DNA from: Amoebophrya sp. A120
Taxonomy: Eukaryota > Protista > Dinoflagellata
Reading direction: 5' to 3'
Assembly (NCBI GenBank): GCA_905178155.1
Contig: CAJINV010000002.1
Span: forward strand, 9,926,650-9,990,649
Length of the DNA: 64,000 nucleotides
Part shown: positions 1 to 9,707 of the stretch, in pieces
Numbering within the stretch: the first letter of the stretch is position 1
Layout: each line of letters begins with the position of its first letter
Notes under the pieces: generated by a model
Database searches by the model: none
Seen by the model: only the letters and a program-made list of their open reading frames with translations
What the model was told of the DNA's origin: nothing
Program-made: the position numbers and the translations under genes

Positions 1-475
1 TGAGACGCGTACGCGGGCGGAGGGACCAGGAGCAGGACCACGACAGGGATCTACAAAATAAAAACGACGCGAAGATGAAAAAAGCTTTCTGCCGAGAGGC
101 CGCCGCCCCCACTCGGAGTTCGCGCGGTGTTCGCGCTCCTAATTATCATCCCGTTTCTGACACCGGTGATCAGCGATTGTGTGTCTTAGAGTGTACTTGC
201 GGTTCGTCAAGAGCAATAATCTCTTCAAGGATCTATCTCCAGTCGAAGCCCAGGCCCTTTTGTGTTGACCCGCGGGTCAGCCTAGGTACAGGTAGCTAGA
301 CATAGCACAAAGAAATAAACGTCATTCTTTCTGATACTACTGACACTGTAGCTTTGGTTTTCAGCTTCTCCGACTTTGGGTCGGTTGTAAGACATGGTCG
401 CAACTTTGTCATTCGTCTTTTGGAGGAGGTTCTGTTCAATTTACTAGACCACAAACGAAGCTACCAAGCAACGTG

Positions 476-1638
476 ATGATGGAGCATCCTTCCGTTTCCT
501 CCGCCTCGAAGATCGAAGTCGTTGGTGGCCACGCAGCAGCCGGAACCGGGCCTGCAATCTTGAAGGCACCACAACCCGGGCGGCTCTGGAAGCCCTACCA
601 GGAGTTGACGGAAGAGCAGCGAGCGGAAGATCCTACACAGAAATCCAGGGGAGATGTGGAACACGCCTTCTATCAGGAGGTATATCACGCAGTCGATCTA
701 CATCCGACCGCAGACGTAAACGAAGTGAGCCCCCTGAGCCCTTTCCTGCCCAAGTTTTATGGCTGTGTCTTCGACGAAAAGACCAGCTCCCGTTTCCTCG
801 ATCTTGAGGATGTCACGGCAAATTTCGGAAAACCGTGTGTGTGCGACTTGAAGATCGGAAGAAGAACCTACGACGAGACAGCGAGGTCGTATCCCAGAGA
901 AAAAAGCTGGCAGGGCATATTTGTAATGCGAAAATAAATACACAGAAAAACAAAAACTTGCCATGGGAGGGCCCATAGCATGCTGCTTCGGATATGCAAT
1001 ACAGATTTTTTTGCGTATCTATTTTTGCATTACAAATATGACCTGCCAGCTTTTTACTGTGTGATAAGTCGAAAAAAATTCTCAGCCAATCGACCGGGTA
1101 CCGACTGCAAGAAAGAATCGGATTTCGCTGCTCGGGCATGTCGACATTTGTGTTGGATGGCATAGGAGGAGAAACTACGGGGGAAGCGAGGCGTATCATC
1201 CACGATCACAAATGGGGCAAATCTCTAAACGAGACGCAAGTACTTGAAGGCCTACGCATGTATTTCGACGGCGGCGCGGCATTCTTAGCATCGTCATCTT
1301 CACTTGGTTGCAGTAAAACAGATGCGCGGCGGGGCCACAAAGATCACAGCTGCGAGTCATTGGTCAAGAAAGCGCTCGACCTACTGCAACAGCTTAAGGT
1401 CGTTTTGGAGACACGACCCAAATACAGACTGTACGCGACCTCGGTGCTTTTCGCGTATGATGCCGAGGACCCAGTTGCATCTCTTCGCATGAACTTGATC
1501 GATTTTGCACATGTTTTTCACATTCAGAAATACGACACAGGGACTGACTTTGAAAAGGATTTCAATTTCCTCTTCGGATTGAAATCCTTGATGATATATT
1601 TGAAACTCATAATGCAAAGAAATAACGAAAAACGATGA
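476..1638 (+). CDS. Inositol polyphosphate kinase (IPK/IPMK family), two exons split by the introner at 890-1066
   Basis: Motifs VGGH, LEDVT..FGKPCVCDLKIGRRTY (PxxxDxKxG), TSVLFAYD and LIDFAH. Removing 890-1066 plus one 5-bp repeat joins ORF 473-937 to ORF 1138-1638 in frame (TYDETARSKKILSQ...IGFRCSGM). Confidence 0.9.
890..1066. mobile_element. Introner-like TIR element (family E) in the IPK exon
   Basis: TIR tatcccagagaaaaaagctggcagggcatatttgtaatgc / gcattacaaatatgacctgccagctttttactgtgtgata. Flanks are ggtcg (885-889) and agtcg (1067-1071). Confidence 0.85.
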
Positions 1639-1925
1639 GAATGAAACGAAAATGACAAAAGAGAGACAATGAACACGCATGGAATCCGAATCGAAAATCG
1701 ACTTGTTTCAATCACAAACCTACCCAGAAACCGATCCATATTCTCAAGCAGATTCAATTTTTGTTCTTTTTTTTATTTTTGTTCTTTTTTTTGATCGCGA
1801 TCGGATCTTGATTCTATGTCATGATTCTTTTCGGTTTGTGCTTGAATCTTTATTTCGTTGCCTATCTGGGATTGGATATGAAAAAAATTCGGTTTGATTC
1901 AATTTTTCTTCGATTCATCGGAAAA

Positions 1926-2045
1926 AAATTGTATTTAATCGACGAGTCTAGCAAGATCGGTGTTTGAGGCGATTAAATATTTTTAATTGTCCAGCGAAAC
2001 CCGGCGAGGCTTTCGAGCGCATTGAGCTCCGGCTCTGATTTTCTC
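1926..2045 (+). repeat. Split direct repeat A1 (120 bp)
   Basis: Appears identical to 8303-8422 (aaattgtatttaatcgacgag...ctgattttctc). Confidence 0.95.
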
Positions 2046-2352
2046 AGCCTTGCAGGGACTGGACAGCTTTCGCTGAGAGAGAAAAAGGCATGAGAGATAT
2101 GAGAGAGCACGACGCTGAGCGTAAAAGGGCCTTACATATGGACAAGAGACTGTAAAACCGGCTATGGGCCAGAAAAGCGGTTTACAGAGTGTCAAAGACG
2201 TCAAACGGTATGCTCAGCCCGCTGAGCGATGGCCAAAGACTACATGTCCTCCGGGACCTGCACCGCCTTAGGGTATTACGAAGCGCAACGATCTCCGGAT
2301 CACTAGTTGCGAAAAGCCAGCACTTACTACTCCGGTAGAAAGCAAGAAAAGC

Positions 2353-3693
2353 ATGGGCCTCCTTGAGGACGCCGTCGCTGCCGCCCGCGGCAAGGAAGAG
2401 ATGCCCGATGACATCGAGATTGCCTACAGCGCGATGTGGGACGAAACTGCGCGGAAGGCCCGCGACAACGATCTGCGGGAGTTCTACGCCCGCACAATCG
2501 TGGAATTGGCTGGCGCCAAGATCACCACCACCACCCAAGTCCTCAGCGACTGCGCGGACATCCACAAGAAGTTCGGGGTTAGCTCCCTGGGCGAAGCGGC
2601 AGTGCACAGCGACTCGATTCTCACCGATGGTGGGAAGGTCGGCACAAAGTACAAGATCTTGACGATCATCCGCAACATCGACAAGAAAGGCAGCGCGGAC
2701 ACCTCCGCCGGCGCCGCCGGTGGCGACAAGGACGGCGGCAGCAAGTCCGAGACAGTGGACATTGCGAGCAAGCTGAAAGACATCGGCCTCGAGAAAATTC
2801 CCGAGGTTTTAAAGCCCTGCCCGGAGCTGGTGCTGAAGGTGAAGAGCATGATGAAGGACGGCAAGGCGTTGCCGTACCTCGATCACATGAAAAAACCGGC
2901 GTTCCCGTCGACCCACAACTTCAGCAGCCAGCATAGCCTCGCGGATCTGGATGAAGAAATCCAGAAAGAGCTGGCGGCGCAGCTCGGCGGCTCCTCCTCC
3001 ACGGAGGCCGCCGCGCAGAAGATTCTGCTGGAGCAGACCGCTAAGCTGCGGGGCACTCTGCTGCCCCAGCAGCAGTACATGATCGTGAAAATCCGGATCT
3101 TCGTCGCCCAGATGATGTGCGGCCTGCACAAAACGAACGGCCTCGAGGCCTTCATGACCTACCTCGGGCACTTCCTGTCGCTGAGCGCGGAGTACACCTA
3201 CAAGGTGGCGGTGAAGTATGAGGAGGATGTCTTCAAAAAAGCGGAACACACCGCAGGCCTCCGCGACCACAAGAAGTACGTTGAAAAGTTTCGCGCGTAC
3301 GATGTCCGCGACGCGGACATGAAGCAGAAGCAAATCCTCGATAAGGAAAAGCTGGAAAAGGAGAAAAAGGAAAAGGACCGCAAGTCCCAGCAGGAGACAA
3401 AGGGCGGCCCGAAAGGTGGAAAAGGAAAGAAAAAGGGCGGCGCGCAGCACCAGCGCGACGGCCCGTACACTGGCAAAGGCAACCAGGACAACTACTATGA
3501 GTCCTACTACGAGAACGATTCCTGGCAGCAGGGTGGCAAGGACAAGAACGCGGGAAAGCCCTCGGGCAACAGACAGTCCGGCAAGCCGGGCGGCGGGGGG
3601 CAGCAAGGGCAGAAGCCGAAGGTCTACACCCAGGAGGAGTGGGACCAGTACTACCAAACCCAGCGGTCCTCGAAAAAGGCCGACGACCCCTGA
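2353..3693 (+). CDS. Gag-like ORF1 of the YR retrotransposon
   Basis: 446 aa, first ORF inside repeat A, helical core with a K/G/Q-rich basic C-terminus. No CCHC knuckle seen. The assignment is positional. Confidence 0.75.
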   Translation: MGLLEDAVAAARGKEEMPDDIEIAYSAMWDETARKARDNDLREFYARTIVELAGAKITTTTQVLSDCADIHKKFGVSSLGEAAVHSDSILTDGGKVGTKYKILTIIRNIDKKGSADTSAGAAGGDKDGGSKSETVDIASKLKDIGLEKIPEVLKPCPELVLKVKSMMKDGKALPYLDHMKKPAFPSTHNFSSQHSLADLDEEIQKELAAQLGGSSSTEAAAQKILLEQTAKLRGTLLPQQQYMIVKIRIFVAQMMCGLHKTNGLEAFMTYLGHFLSLSAEYTYKVAVKYEEDVFKKAEHTAGLRDHKKYVEKFRAYDVRDADMKQKQILDKEKLEKEKKEKDRKSQQETKGGPKGGKGKKKGGAQHQRDGPYTGKGNQDNYYESYYENDSWQQGGKDKNAGKPSGNRQSGKPGGGGQQGQKPKVYTQEEWDQYYQTQRSSKKADDP

Positions 3694-3715
3694 CTAGCCC
3701 CCGTGGCAGACGGGG
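3691..3715 (+). promoter_or_regulatory. Candidate stop-codon readthrough signal (TGA CTAG plus 3' hairpin) joining gag to pol
   Basis: Gag stop TGA 3691-3693 is followed in frame by CTA GCC CCC GTG (pol frame). Hairpin ccccgt (3699-3704), loop ggcag, acgggg (3710-3715). Confidence 0.65.
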
Positions 3716-6132
3716 AATCCCGGCAAGATACAAAGCTCGTGGGCGTAGCCACGCAGGAATCAAAAAGTAGCAACTCAACTTTTCGCACTGCCACACGCAG
3801 CAGTGCGCCCACCAATGAAAACGATAACCCTGGCGCCGCTCCGGCGGCCGCACGTTCGCGCACCACGGCCTGCGCCGCCATCCCACACCCTTCCCAGACG
3901 GGCACCGCTTCGGACGGCGAAGTCGTCGATACTTGCCCGACGGTCATCTACCGTGCAAAAGTTGATGAGATCCCGTCTCACCTCCGCCACAAGCTCTGGA
4001 CAAGGGACGTCGCGGATTTCCACCGCGACGCTGAGCGAGCAGGAAATGCTGGGAAGCGCTACCGCTCGATGGCCGAGCATGACACGAAGGTGGGCAAGCA
4101 GCGCGGTCTCTTTATGACCATCCCCAAGACCGAGCAGGGCCCGGCGGAACACCTTTGCCAGGCTTTGGGGCTCTCCTTCCCGGAGCGTGCGCGGGCCTGT
4201 CCCGCCGACCAAGAAAAAGCGATTGAATTCGCATCAGAGCCTGTGCACAAGCAGCAGCTCCACCGAAAGAAGGCCCTTCGCTACTGGCGGGCGAGGGCGC
4301 GGGCACTTGAGCCAGAGAGGCAGGCCCTGCTTGAGAAGCTGGGCGACGCAGAGCGGGGAGTCGTCGGTGACAGCCACCTCCCCGTCTTGCGCGAGATGTT
4401 CCTCGCGACGGGCCTCGGGGGAACCGAGTACCTCCAGCGACTATCGAAGGATGGCACCGCGATCATCGGCACCCTGCGCGAGGAAGGGGTGTACCCCGTC
4501 AAGGGGAGTGAGGCGCCAAAGATGTCGCTGGAGGAACTTTACCGGAGGAAAGAGGATGTGATCCAGCACATCGAGCGGGTTACTGCCCGCGACGCGGCGG
4601 AAGACCGGCAGCTGGTTTGGGATTCTCTGAAATCCGAAGCGGGGCGCGGGGTGGTCTCCGGGCCCTTCCACCTCGACAAGGACAAGGACCAGCTCCCGGA
4701 GAGTTTTGTAGTTCTCCGGCGTTTCATCGTCGAGCAGCCAAAGCCCGACGGCACGGTGAAGAAGCGCCCGTGCGACGACGGGCGGCGCGGCCTCTGCAAT
4801 GAGGCGACTAGCATCCACACGCCCATCTGCCTGCCCGGCATCGATGACTTGGTCAGTGACCTGGAGCGGTTGACGCGGCGGATCCTGGACAAGGAGGGGG
4901 ACGCCGCCGATGTGCGGCTCGCGTCGTGGATCGCAGACCACAGTGACGCCTACAAGCGGCTTCTGGCCGCGCAAGATGTGCCGGTCTACATCGCCGCGGT
5001 GTCGCCTTGCGACGGCTCGCTGTATCTCTGGCGGGCGACCACCTTGGTCTTTGGGGAGTCCGGGGCCGTTCTTGGATACGGCTCCTACAGCAGTATGACC
5101 ACTTGCCTGGTCAGGCGCATTCTGGGCTGCCCGACCCGGGCCTACGTGGACGACTACCTGGGGGTCCACAGGTACCTTGACGACAGCATGCTTGATGACG
5201 TGCTTGAGTTCCTCCGGGACATTTTGGGCCAGGCCTTCAACTACGAGAAGACCCAGCGCGGGGTGGTCGTCATTTGGCTCGGGGTCCGGATTTCCCTGGA
5301 GGCCTTCGCAGTCACGCTTGACATAGGGGATTTCCAGCGGAAGAGGCTGAGGGACTCGATCGCGACGGCCCTGGCCGCGGACGAACTGGCGCCAGAGCCC
5401 GCAGGGAAGATGGCGGGCCGGCTGTCGTGGTGCAGCTCGGTCGCCTTTGGGCGGAACGGTCGGGCCTACCTTCCCCCGATCTACGCGCGGCAGCACTCGC
5501 AGCGGCAAACCGTGGGGCGGTGGCCGCTGGGAAAAAGACTACGCGAAGCCCTCCAATGGTGGGCAGGCACGATGAGCAGCGCCTTCAGCCGTACCAAGTC
5601 GCTCATGCCGGCCTCCCGGCGGCCGCTGGTCCTCTACACAGACGCCTCCGGGCTTTACGGCGTTGGCGCCGTGCTTTTGGACCAAGACACACAGCGCTTC
5701 AAGTGGTTCAGCTTCCACTACGCCGAGCTGATGCCGGTCGTCCGGGCGCTTTTCCCGGACTTCACGGAGGAGATTGAGTACTGGGAGACCTTCACCTTTC
5801 TCCTCGCCGCAATCATGTGGCGCGACGACCTACGTGGGCGCCAGACCTTCGTCTTTATTGACAACGAATGCTCGCAGGCTAGCACCACCAAGGGCTGGTC
5901 GGAGTCCGAGAAGTGCAATGGGCTCATCGCACTAATTTGGCGGCACCTGCTTGCCATCGACGCGGAGGCTTGGGTAGAGCGGGTCGCCTCAGACGACAAC
6001 TGCGCAGACCCGCCCAGCCGCGGCATCTCGCCACGCAAGGCGATGGGGGCGGCCTTTTCCGCCTGGGGGTCCGACCGGGTCGGTTTCGACGGCGCGGACT
6101 TCCACCGGGTGTGGGAGTCCATCAAGCAGTGA
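3703..6132 (+). CDS. Pol: reverse transcriptase plus DIRS-type RNase H
   Basis: RT motifs RPCDD, DHSDAYKRL, LVFGESGAV and YVDD. RNase H motifs LYTDAS, E, FIDN and RVASDDNCADPPSR. The ORF start called is GTG, in frame with gag. Confidence 0.92.
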   Translation: MADGESRQDTKLVGVATQESKSSNSTFRTATRSSAPTNENDNPGAAPAAARSRTTACAAIPHPSQTGTASDGEVVDTCPTVIYRAKVDEIPSHLRHKLWTRDVADFHRDAERAGNAGKRYRSMAEHDTKVGKQRGLFMTIPKTEQGPAEHLCQALGLSFPERARACPADQEKAIEFASEPVHKQQLHRKKALRYWRARARALEPERQALLEKLGDAERGVVGDSHLPVLREMFLATGLGGTEYLQRLSKDGTAIIGTLREEGVYPVKGSEAPKMSLEELYRRKEDVIQHIERVTARDAAEDRQLVWDSLKSEAGRGVVSGPFHLDKDKDQLPESFVVLRRFIVEQPKPDGTVKKRPCDDGRRGLCNEATSIHTPICLPGIDDLVSDLERLTRRILDKEGDAADVRLASWIADHSDAYKRLLAAQDVPVYIAAVSPCDGSLYLWRATTLVFGESGAVLGYGSYSSMTTCLVRRILGCPTRAYVDDYLGVHRYLDDSMLDDVLEFLRDILGQAFNYEKTQRGVVVIWLGVRISLEAFAVTLDIGDFQRKRLRDSIATALAADELAPEPAGKMAGRLSWCSSVAFGRNGRAYLPPIYARQHSQRQTVGRWPLGKRLREALQWWAGTMSSAFSRTKSLMPASRRPLVLYTDASGLYGVGAVLLDQDTQRFKWFSFHYAELMPVVRALFPDFTEEIEYWETFTFLLAAIMWRDDLRGRQTFVFIDNECSQASTTKGWSESEKCNGLIALIWRHLLAIDAEAWVERVASDDNCADPPSRGISPRKAMGAAFSAWGSDRVGFDGADFHRVWESIKQ

Positions 6133-6820
6133 TGTGCACTAACGATGTTCGGCGCCGCCCGAACATGCTTATCGGAAAAAATTGAATTCGTTCTACGTTT
6201 TCTGTTTACCCTGTATGATGATATGTCCAGGCACTTTCACTGTCGCTCTTACTTCATTCTGTAAGATGTAGATGATAGTTAGTTATCGCATTCACGTGCA
6301 CGTTTTGGCGCCAGCCCACTTCACCACTGACTGACGTTACACAGACATAGAATTTTCGCCCCCTGATGTGAGCCAGCGAAGCTAGCAGCTCAGGGGCTCC
6401 GATGAGGGCCATCGCATTGGTCGCGAGCGCATATCTGGGTTAGGTTTAGGACTCATCCTGATGAGCCTCAAGTACAAACTTCACATGCACACATTCTGAC
6501 ATATCTCAGCTCGCGCACGCAGGAATATACTCACCCGGGTGAGCATTCAATGTAGGCCCCAGGAAGAGCTTGCAATGGCGGCCCCGCCGCTAGCGGGCCC
6601 GCGCGAATAATGTTCGCTTCATTTCGAGGCGAGGATGAAACGAGCTAGGAGTGAGGGGTAGTGGCCTCGAGAGATCATGCCGAGCGCATGATGTCGAGTG
6701 TGAGATCACGCAGCGCGCATGATCTCCAGGCGACCGGCCGCCTGCCTTTTCGCAGGCAAGACATCGCCAGTACTACCACCCCTACACAGCATACTTGTGC
6801 GCTTGCTTTACCAGAAAGAA

Positions 6821-7978
6821 ATGCCACCAAAAGCGGCGCCTGCCTCCGGCAAGCGCGCTGCTACTGACCATCCTCGGGTAGAGGAATTGCTCGCGTCCGT
6901 GTCGGACGCAACTAGCGTTGACAACGACGCCCGCCCGGCCGGGTCTCTGAAGGCGAAGCTGCAGCGCCTAGAGGACTGCGGCTCCGCGGCGGAGCGGCAG
7001 CAGGTTCTATCCGAGAACCTCCGTGCGGTGAAAGGCTCGAGCATGCGTGCTTCAAGTTGGAACACCTACAAGTCCCCGCTTTTGGCCTGGGGGCGGTTTT
7101 GCGACTCCAAGGGGATTCCGCATTTTCCGGTCAAGTCCATTGACCTTCAGGAGTTCGTGGCACTCGCGCAGAACGAGCAGACCGCGCGCTCATACAAGTC
7201 CGCGATCACAAAGGCGCTCAAGTTTTTGGGCTTGCCCGCCGACTTTCCCGGTGATGAGTTTCGCGACATCTACACCGGGATCAGACGTAAGCAGGCCCCG
7301 TCCCGCAAGAAGGACGCCGTGATGCCGGCCACCCTCTCGCGCATGATCGAGAGTAATGACTGCAGAGAGCTGCAGATCATCTTGGCGACCTGCTTCATCT
7401 TTCTGCTGCGCCTGAAAGACGAGGCACTGCCGTTGCGGAGAGGCTTGCCAACGGACGGCCCAAGCCTGTCACTGAGGAGTGCCGAAAGGCACAGCGCGGT
7501 CTTCGTCCATTCGAATGCCCTGCACGTCGTCCTTCGCTCGCGGAAGAACAGGGATGAGGGGACGCACCTGGTCCGCCCCTGCAGCTGTGGGAGTGTCCCC
7601 GCGGACCTGAAGCGCCTGGTGTCGTGGCGCGAAATTTGCCCTGTGCATGTGGTCGGGGCCTTCGTTCGGTCGAAGAAGCACGGGGAGGCCCTCTTCCCAT
7701 CGATCACCTACAAGTTCATCCTCGACAAGATGAAGGAAGCCGGCCGGGCCGAGGCGGCCCCGGCAAACTTTGGCACGCAATCACTGCGGCGGGGTGCCGC
7801 GCAGAGCATTGTCGCGTGCGGAGGCAACCTTCGCGACATTTTAGTCGCGGGGGAGTGGAGTAGCAAGGCATTCAGAGAATACCTGGACCGTGAGGAGATT
7901 TTCAAGGCTGGGATCCTTGAGCAGGCCAAGGGGAAGGCCAGGGATGTCCTTGGCTCTTCAGATGATGACTCTGAGTGA
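6821..7978 (+). CDS. Tyrosine recombinase (phage integrase family)
   Basis: LLR (catalytic R), SRKNR, CPVH, GTQSLRRGAA, GEWSS..F..Y. The ORF is open from ATG 6719; ATG 6821 (MPPK) is the likelier start. Confidence 0.9.
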   Translation: MPPKAAPASGKRAATDHPRVEELLASVSDATSVDNDARPAGSLKAKLQRLEDCGSAAERQQVLSENLRAVKGSSMRASSWNTYKSPLLAWGRFCDSKGIPHFPVKSIDLQEFVALAQNEQTARSYKSAITKALKFLGLPADFPGDEFRDIYTGIRRKQAPSRKKDAVMPATLSRMIESNDCRELQIILATCFIFLLRLKDEALPLRRGLPTDGPSLSLRSAERHSAVFVHSNALHVVLRSRKNRDEGTHLVRPCSCGSVPADLKRLVSWREICPVHVVGAFVRSKKHGEALFPSITYKFILDKMKEAGRAEAAPANFGTQSLRRGAAQSIVACGGNLRDILVAGEWSSKAFREYLDREEIFKAGILEQAKGKARDVLGSSDDDSE

Positions 7979-8147
7979 ATAGGTCTGCGACCTGTCGTTT
8001 TCACATAAAGACACAGCCTCGCACTTCTTCGTGCGAGTTTGCTCGCGCGGGTCAATGGCAATGCGCCCGGGACCTTTTCACGCACACAGCCCTCTGCCCT
8101 CACAAGGACTTGGCAGCGTTGGGAGAATCCTCGCTCGGGCCTCGGTG

Positions 8148-8306
8148 GGATAGCCTCACGCGGATTCTTTCCGCTTCGCAGCCGCCCAACGCGGGCGTGC
8201 ACGACAAAAACTGTTCCCGTTCGCCCGATCGATTCTCGCGCTCTCCCATCGCTGAGCCCGAGCGACTAATCAATAGCCGGAGATCAAATGCGTATGTCAA
8301 TTAAAT
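8148..8306 (+). repeat. Split direct repeat B1 (159 bp)
   Basis: Appears identical to 8607-8765. Confidence 0.95.
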
Positions 8307-8422
8307 TGTATTTAATCGACGAGTCTAGCAAGATCGGTGTTTGAGGCGATTAAATATTTTTAATTGTCCAGCGAAACCCGGCGAGGCTTTCGAGCGCATT
8401 GAGCTCCGGCTCTGATTTTCTC
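8303..8422 (+). repeat. Split direct repeat A2
   Basis: Copy of 1926-2045. Overlaps B1 by aaat. Confidence 0.95.
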
Positions 8423-8606
8423 CCTCCCTCCGCGCCCAGTGTTAGGTGGCGCCTGTTAGGCGCGTGCGCTTGTGCGTTTGTCGTCCCGGGGGCCGACACA
8501 CAAAAGACCTTTACGTCCGCGAACTCGAGTGTGTTCGTGCGGACCGTCTCAGATCATTGGCTGTAGTTGTTCGGGTCGTGAGATCATTGGTTCGAGTGGG
8601 ATACAT

Positions 8607-8765
8607 GGATAGCCTCACGCGGATTCTTTCCGCTTCGCAGCCGCCCAACGCGGGCGTGCACGACAAAAACTGTTCCCGTTCGCCCGATCGATTCTCGCGC
8701 TCTCCCATCGCTGAGCCCGAGCGACTAATCAATAGCCGGAGATCAAATGCGTATGTCAATTAAAT
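8607..8765 (+). repeat. Split direct repeat B2 (right end of the element)
   Basis: Copy of 8148-8306, ending caattaaat. Confidence 0.95.
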
Positions 8766-9707
8766 ATGGATAAAAAAAGAAAATGAAAAGATCAAGATAA
8801 TCAATCTATCTCGAAATCAGAAAAAATTCAGATATGGATCGATGAAAGAAAATTTCTGGGTATATCCAATTATGAAATGAAAGGAAGAAATTGAGATATA
8901 TCATGGATCTATCTATTTTTGATGTCATAGATATCCATATGTGGTAGGAAATATAATTTTTTTTAAAATATATTTCTGATTTATCTATGATATTCATGTC
9001 GAATTATCATTAAGAGAATTTGAGAAGATCAGATGGATATTTCAATATATCCGAAGAGAAATTCTATATGTTATCATTTGCAAATTTTTCAGAAAGAATT
9101 TGAAAAACAAATAAAATGAATCGGAAAAAATTTCCGAAACAGATTTGCGTTAAATCTTCAAAAAAAATTTGAATATGGATGATTCTTCAATGAATTACCG
9201 AATCTGAAAGAATCTATCATTCAATAACATGAATTAGAATAAAAAATTTTGTCTTTCTCTTAATCTTTAGATAGGATCCGACATTGATTATTAAACCATC
9301 CCCAATATCAATCATTTGATTATGACAAATTTCAATCATACCCAGAAATACCCAATTCGATCGATTCCATAAATATTCCAGATTTGAAATCAAATTTCGA
9401 TTATGGATTTTCTATTTGATTCATTCCATTACCATCTCCATCATACCATGAATTTATTATTCGATGGACACCTCACGCGAATGCATCTTATTGCTTCCAT
9501 CGAATTCGAATTATCTCATTTGACAAAGAAATCTGGGTGCAACTCGATGATGTCCGTCAAATTGATAGGATGGATGGACCATCTGTTGGATTCCATAATT
9601 TGGTTTGTTGATTGGCACGTGAAACACAGGTTGTGAAAGTGTTGATGTCGTCTTTACCATATTCGCCGACTTCATTTTCAATTACTTAATTCTGCTCGTC
9701 GCTTTTC

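Larger units (their letters stand above)
1926..8765 (+). mobile_element. Tyrosine-recombinase retrotransposon (DIRS order, Ngaro/PAT-type split direct repeats), apparently intact
   Basis: Structure is A1 (1926-2045), gag, RT/RNase H, YR, B1 (8148-8306), A2 (8303-8422), spacer, B2 (8607-8765). All three ORFs are uninterrupted. Confidence 0.92.

Noticed and set aside
2809-5508. Long antisense ORFs over gag/pol (and similar ones over the kinase, PEX5 and the last gene)
   Set aside because: These are expected shadows of GC-rich codon usage and show no recognisable motifs.
6436-6450. Telomere-like gggttaggtttagg
   Set aside because: Only two imperfect units, compatible with chance.
6821-7978. 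The retrotransposon YR as the introner mobiliser
   Set aside because: Introners have variable 5-bp target duplications and TIRs, typical of DDE transposition. No sequence shared with the YR element ends was seen.
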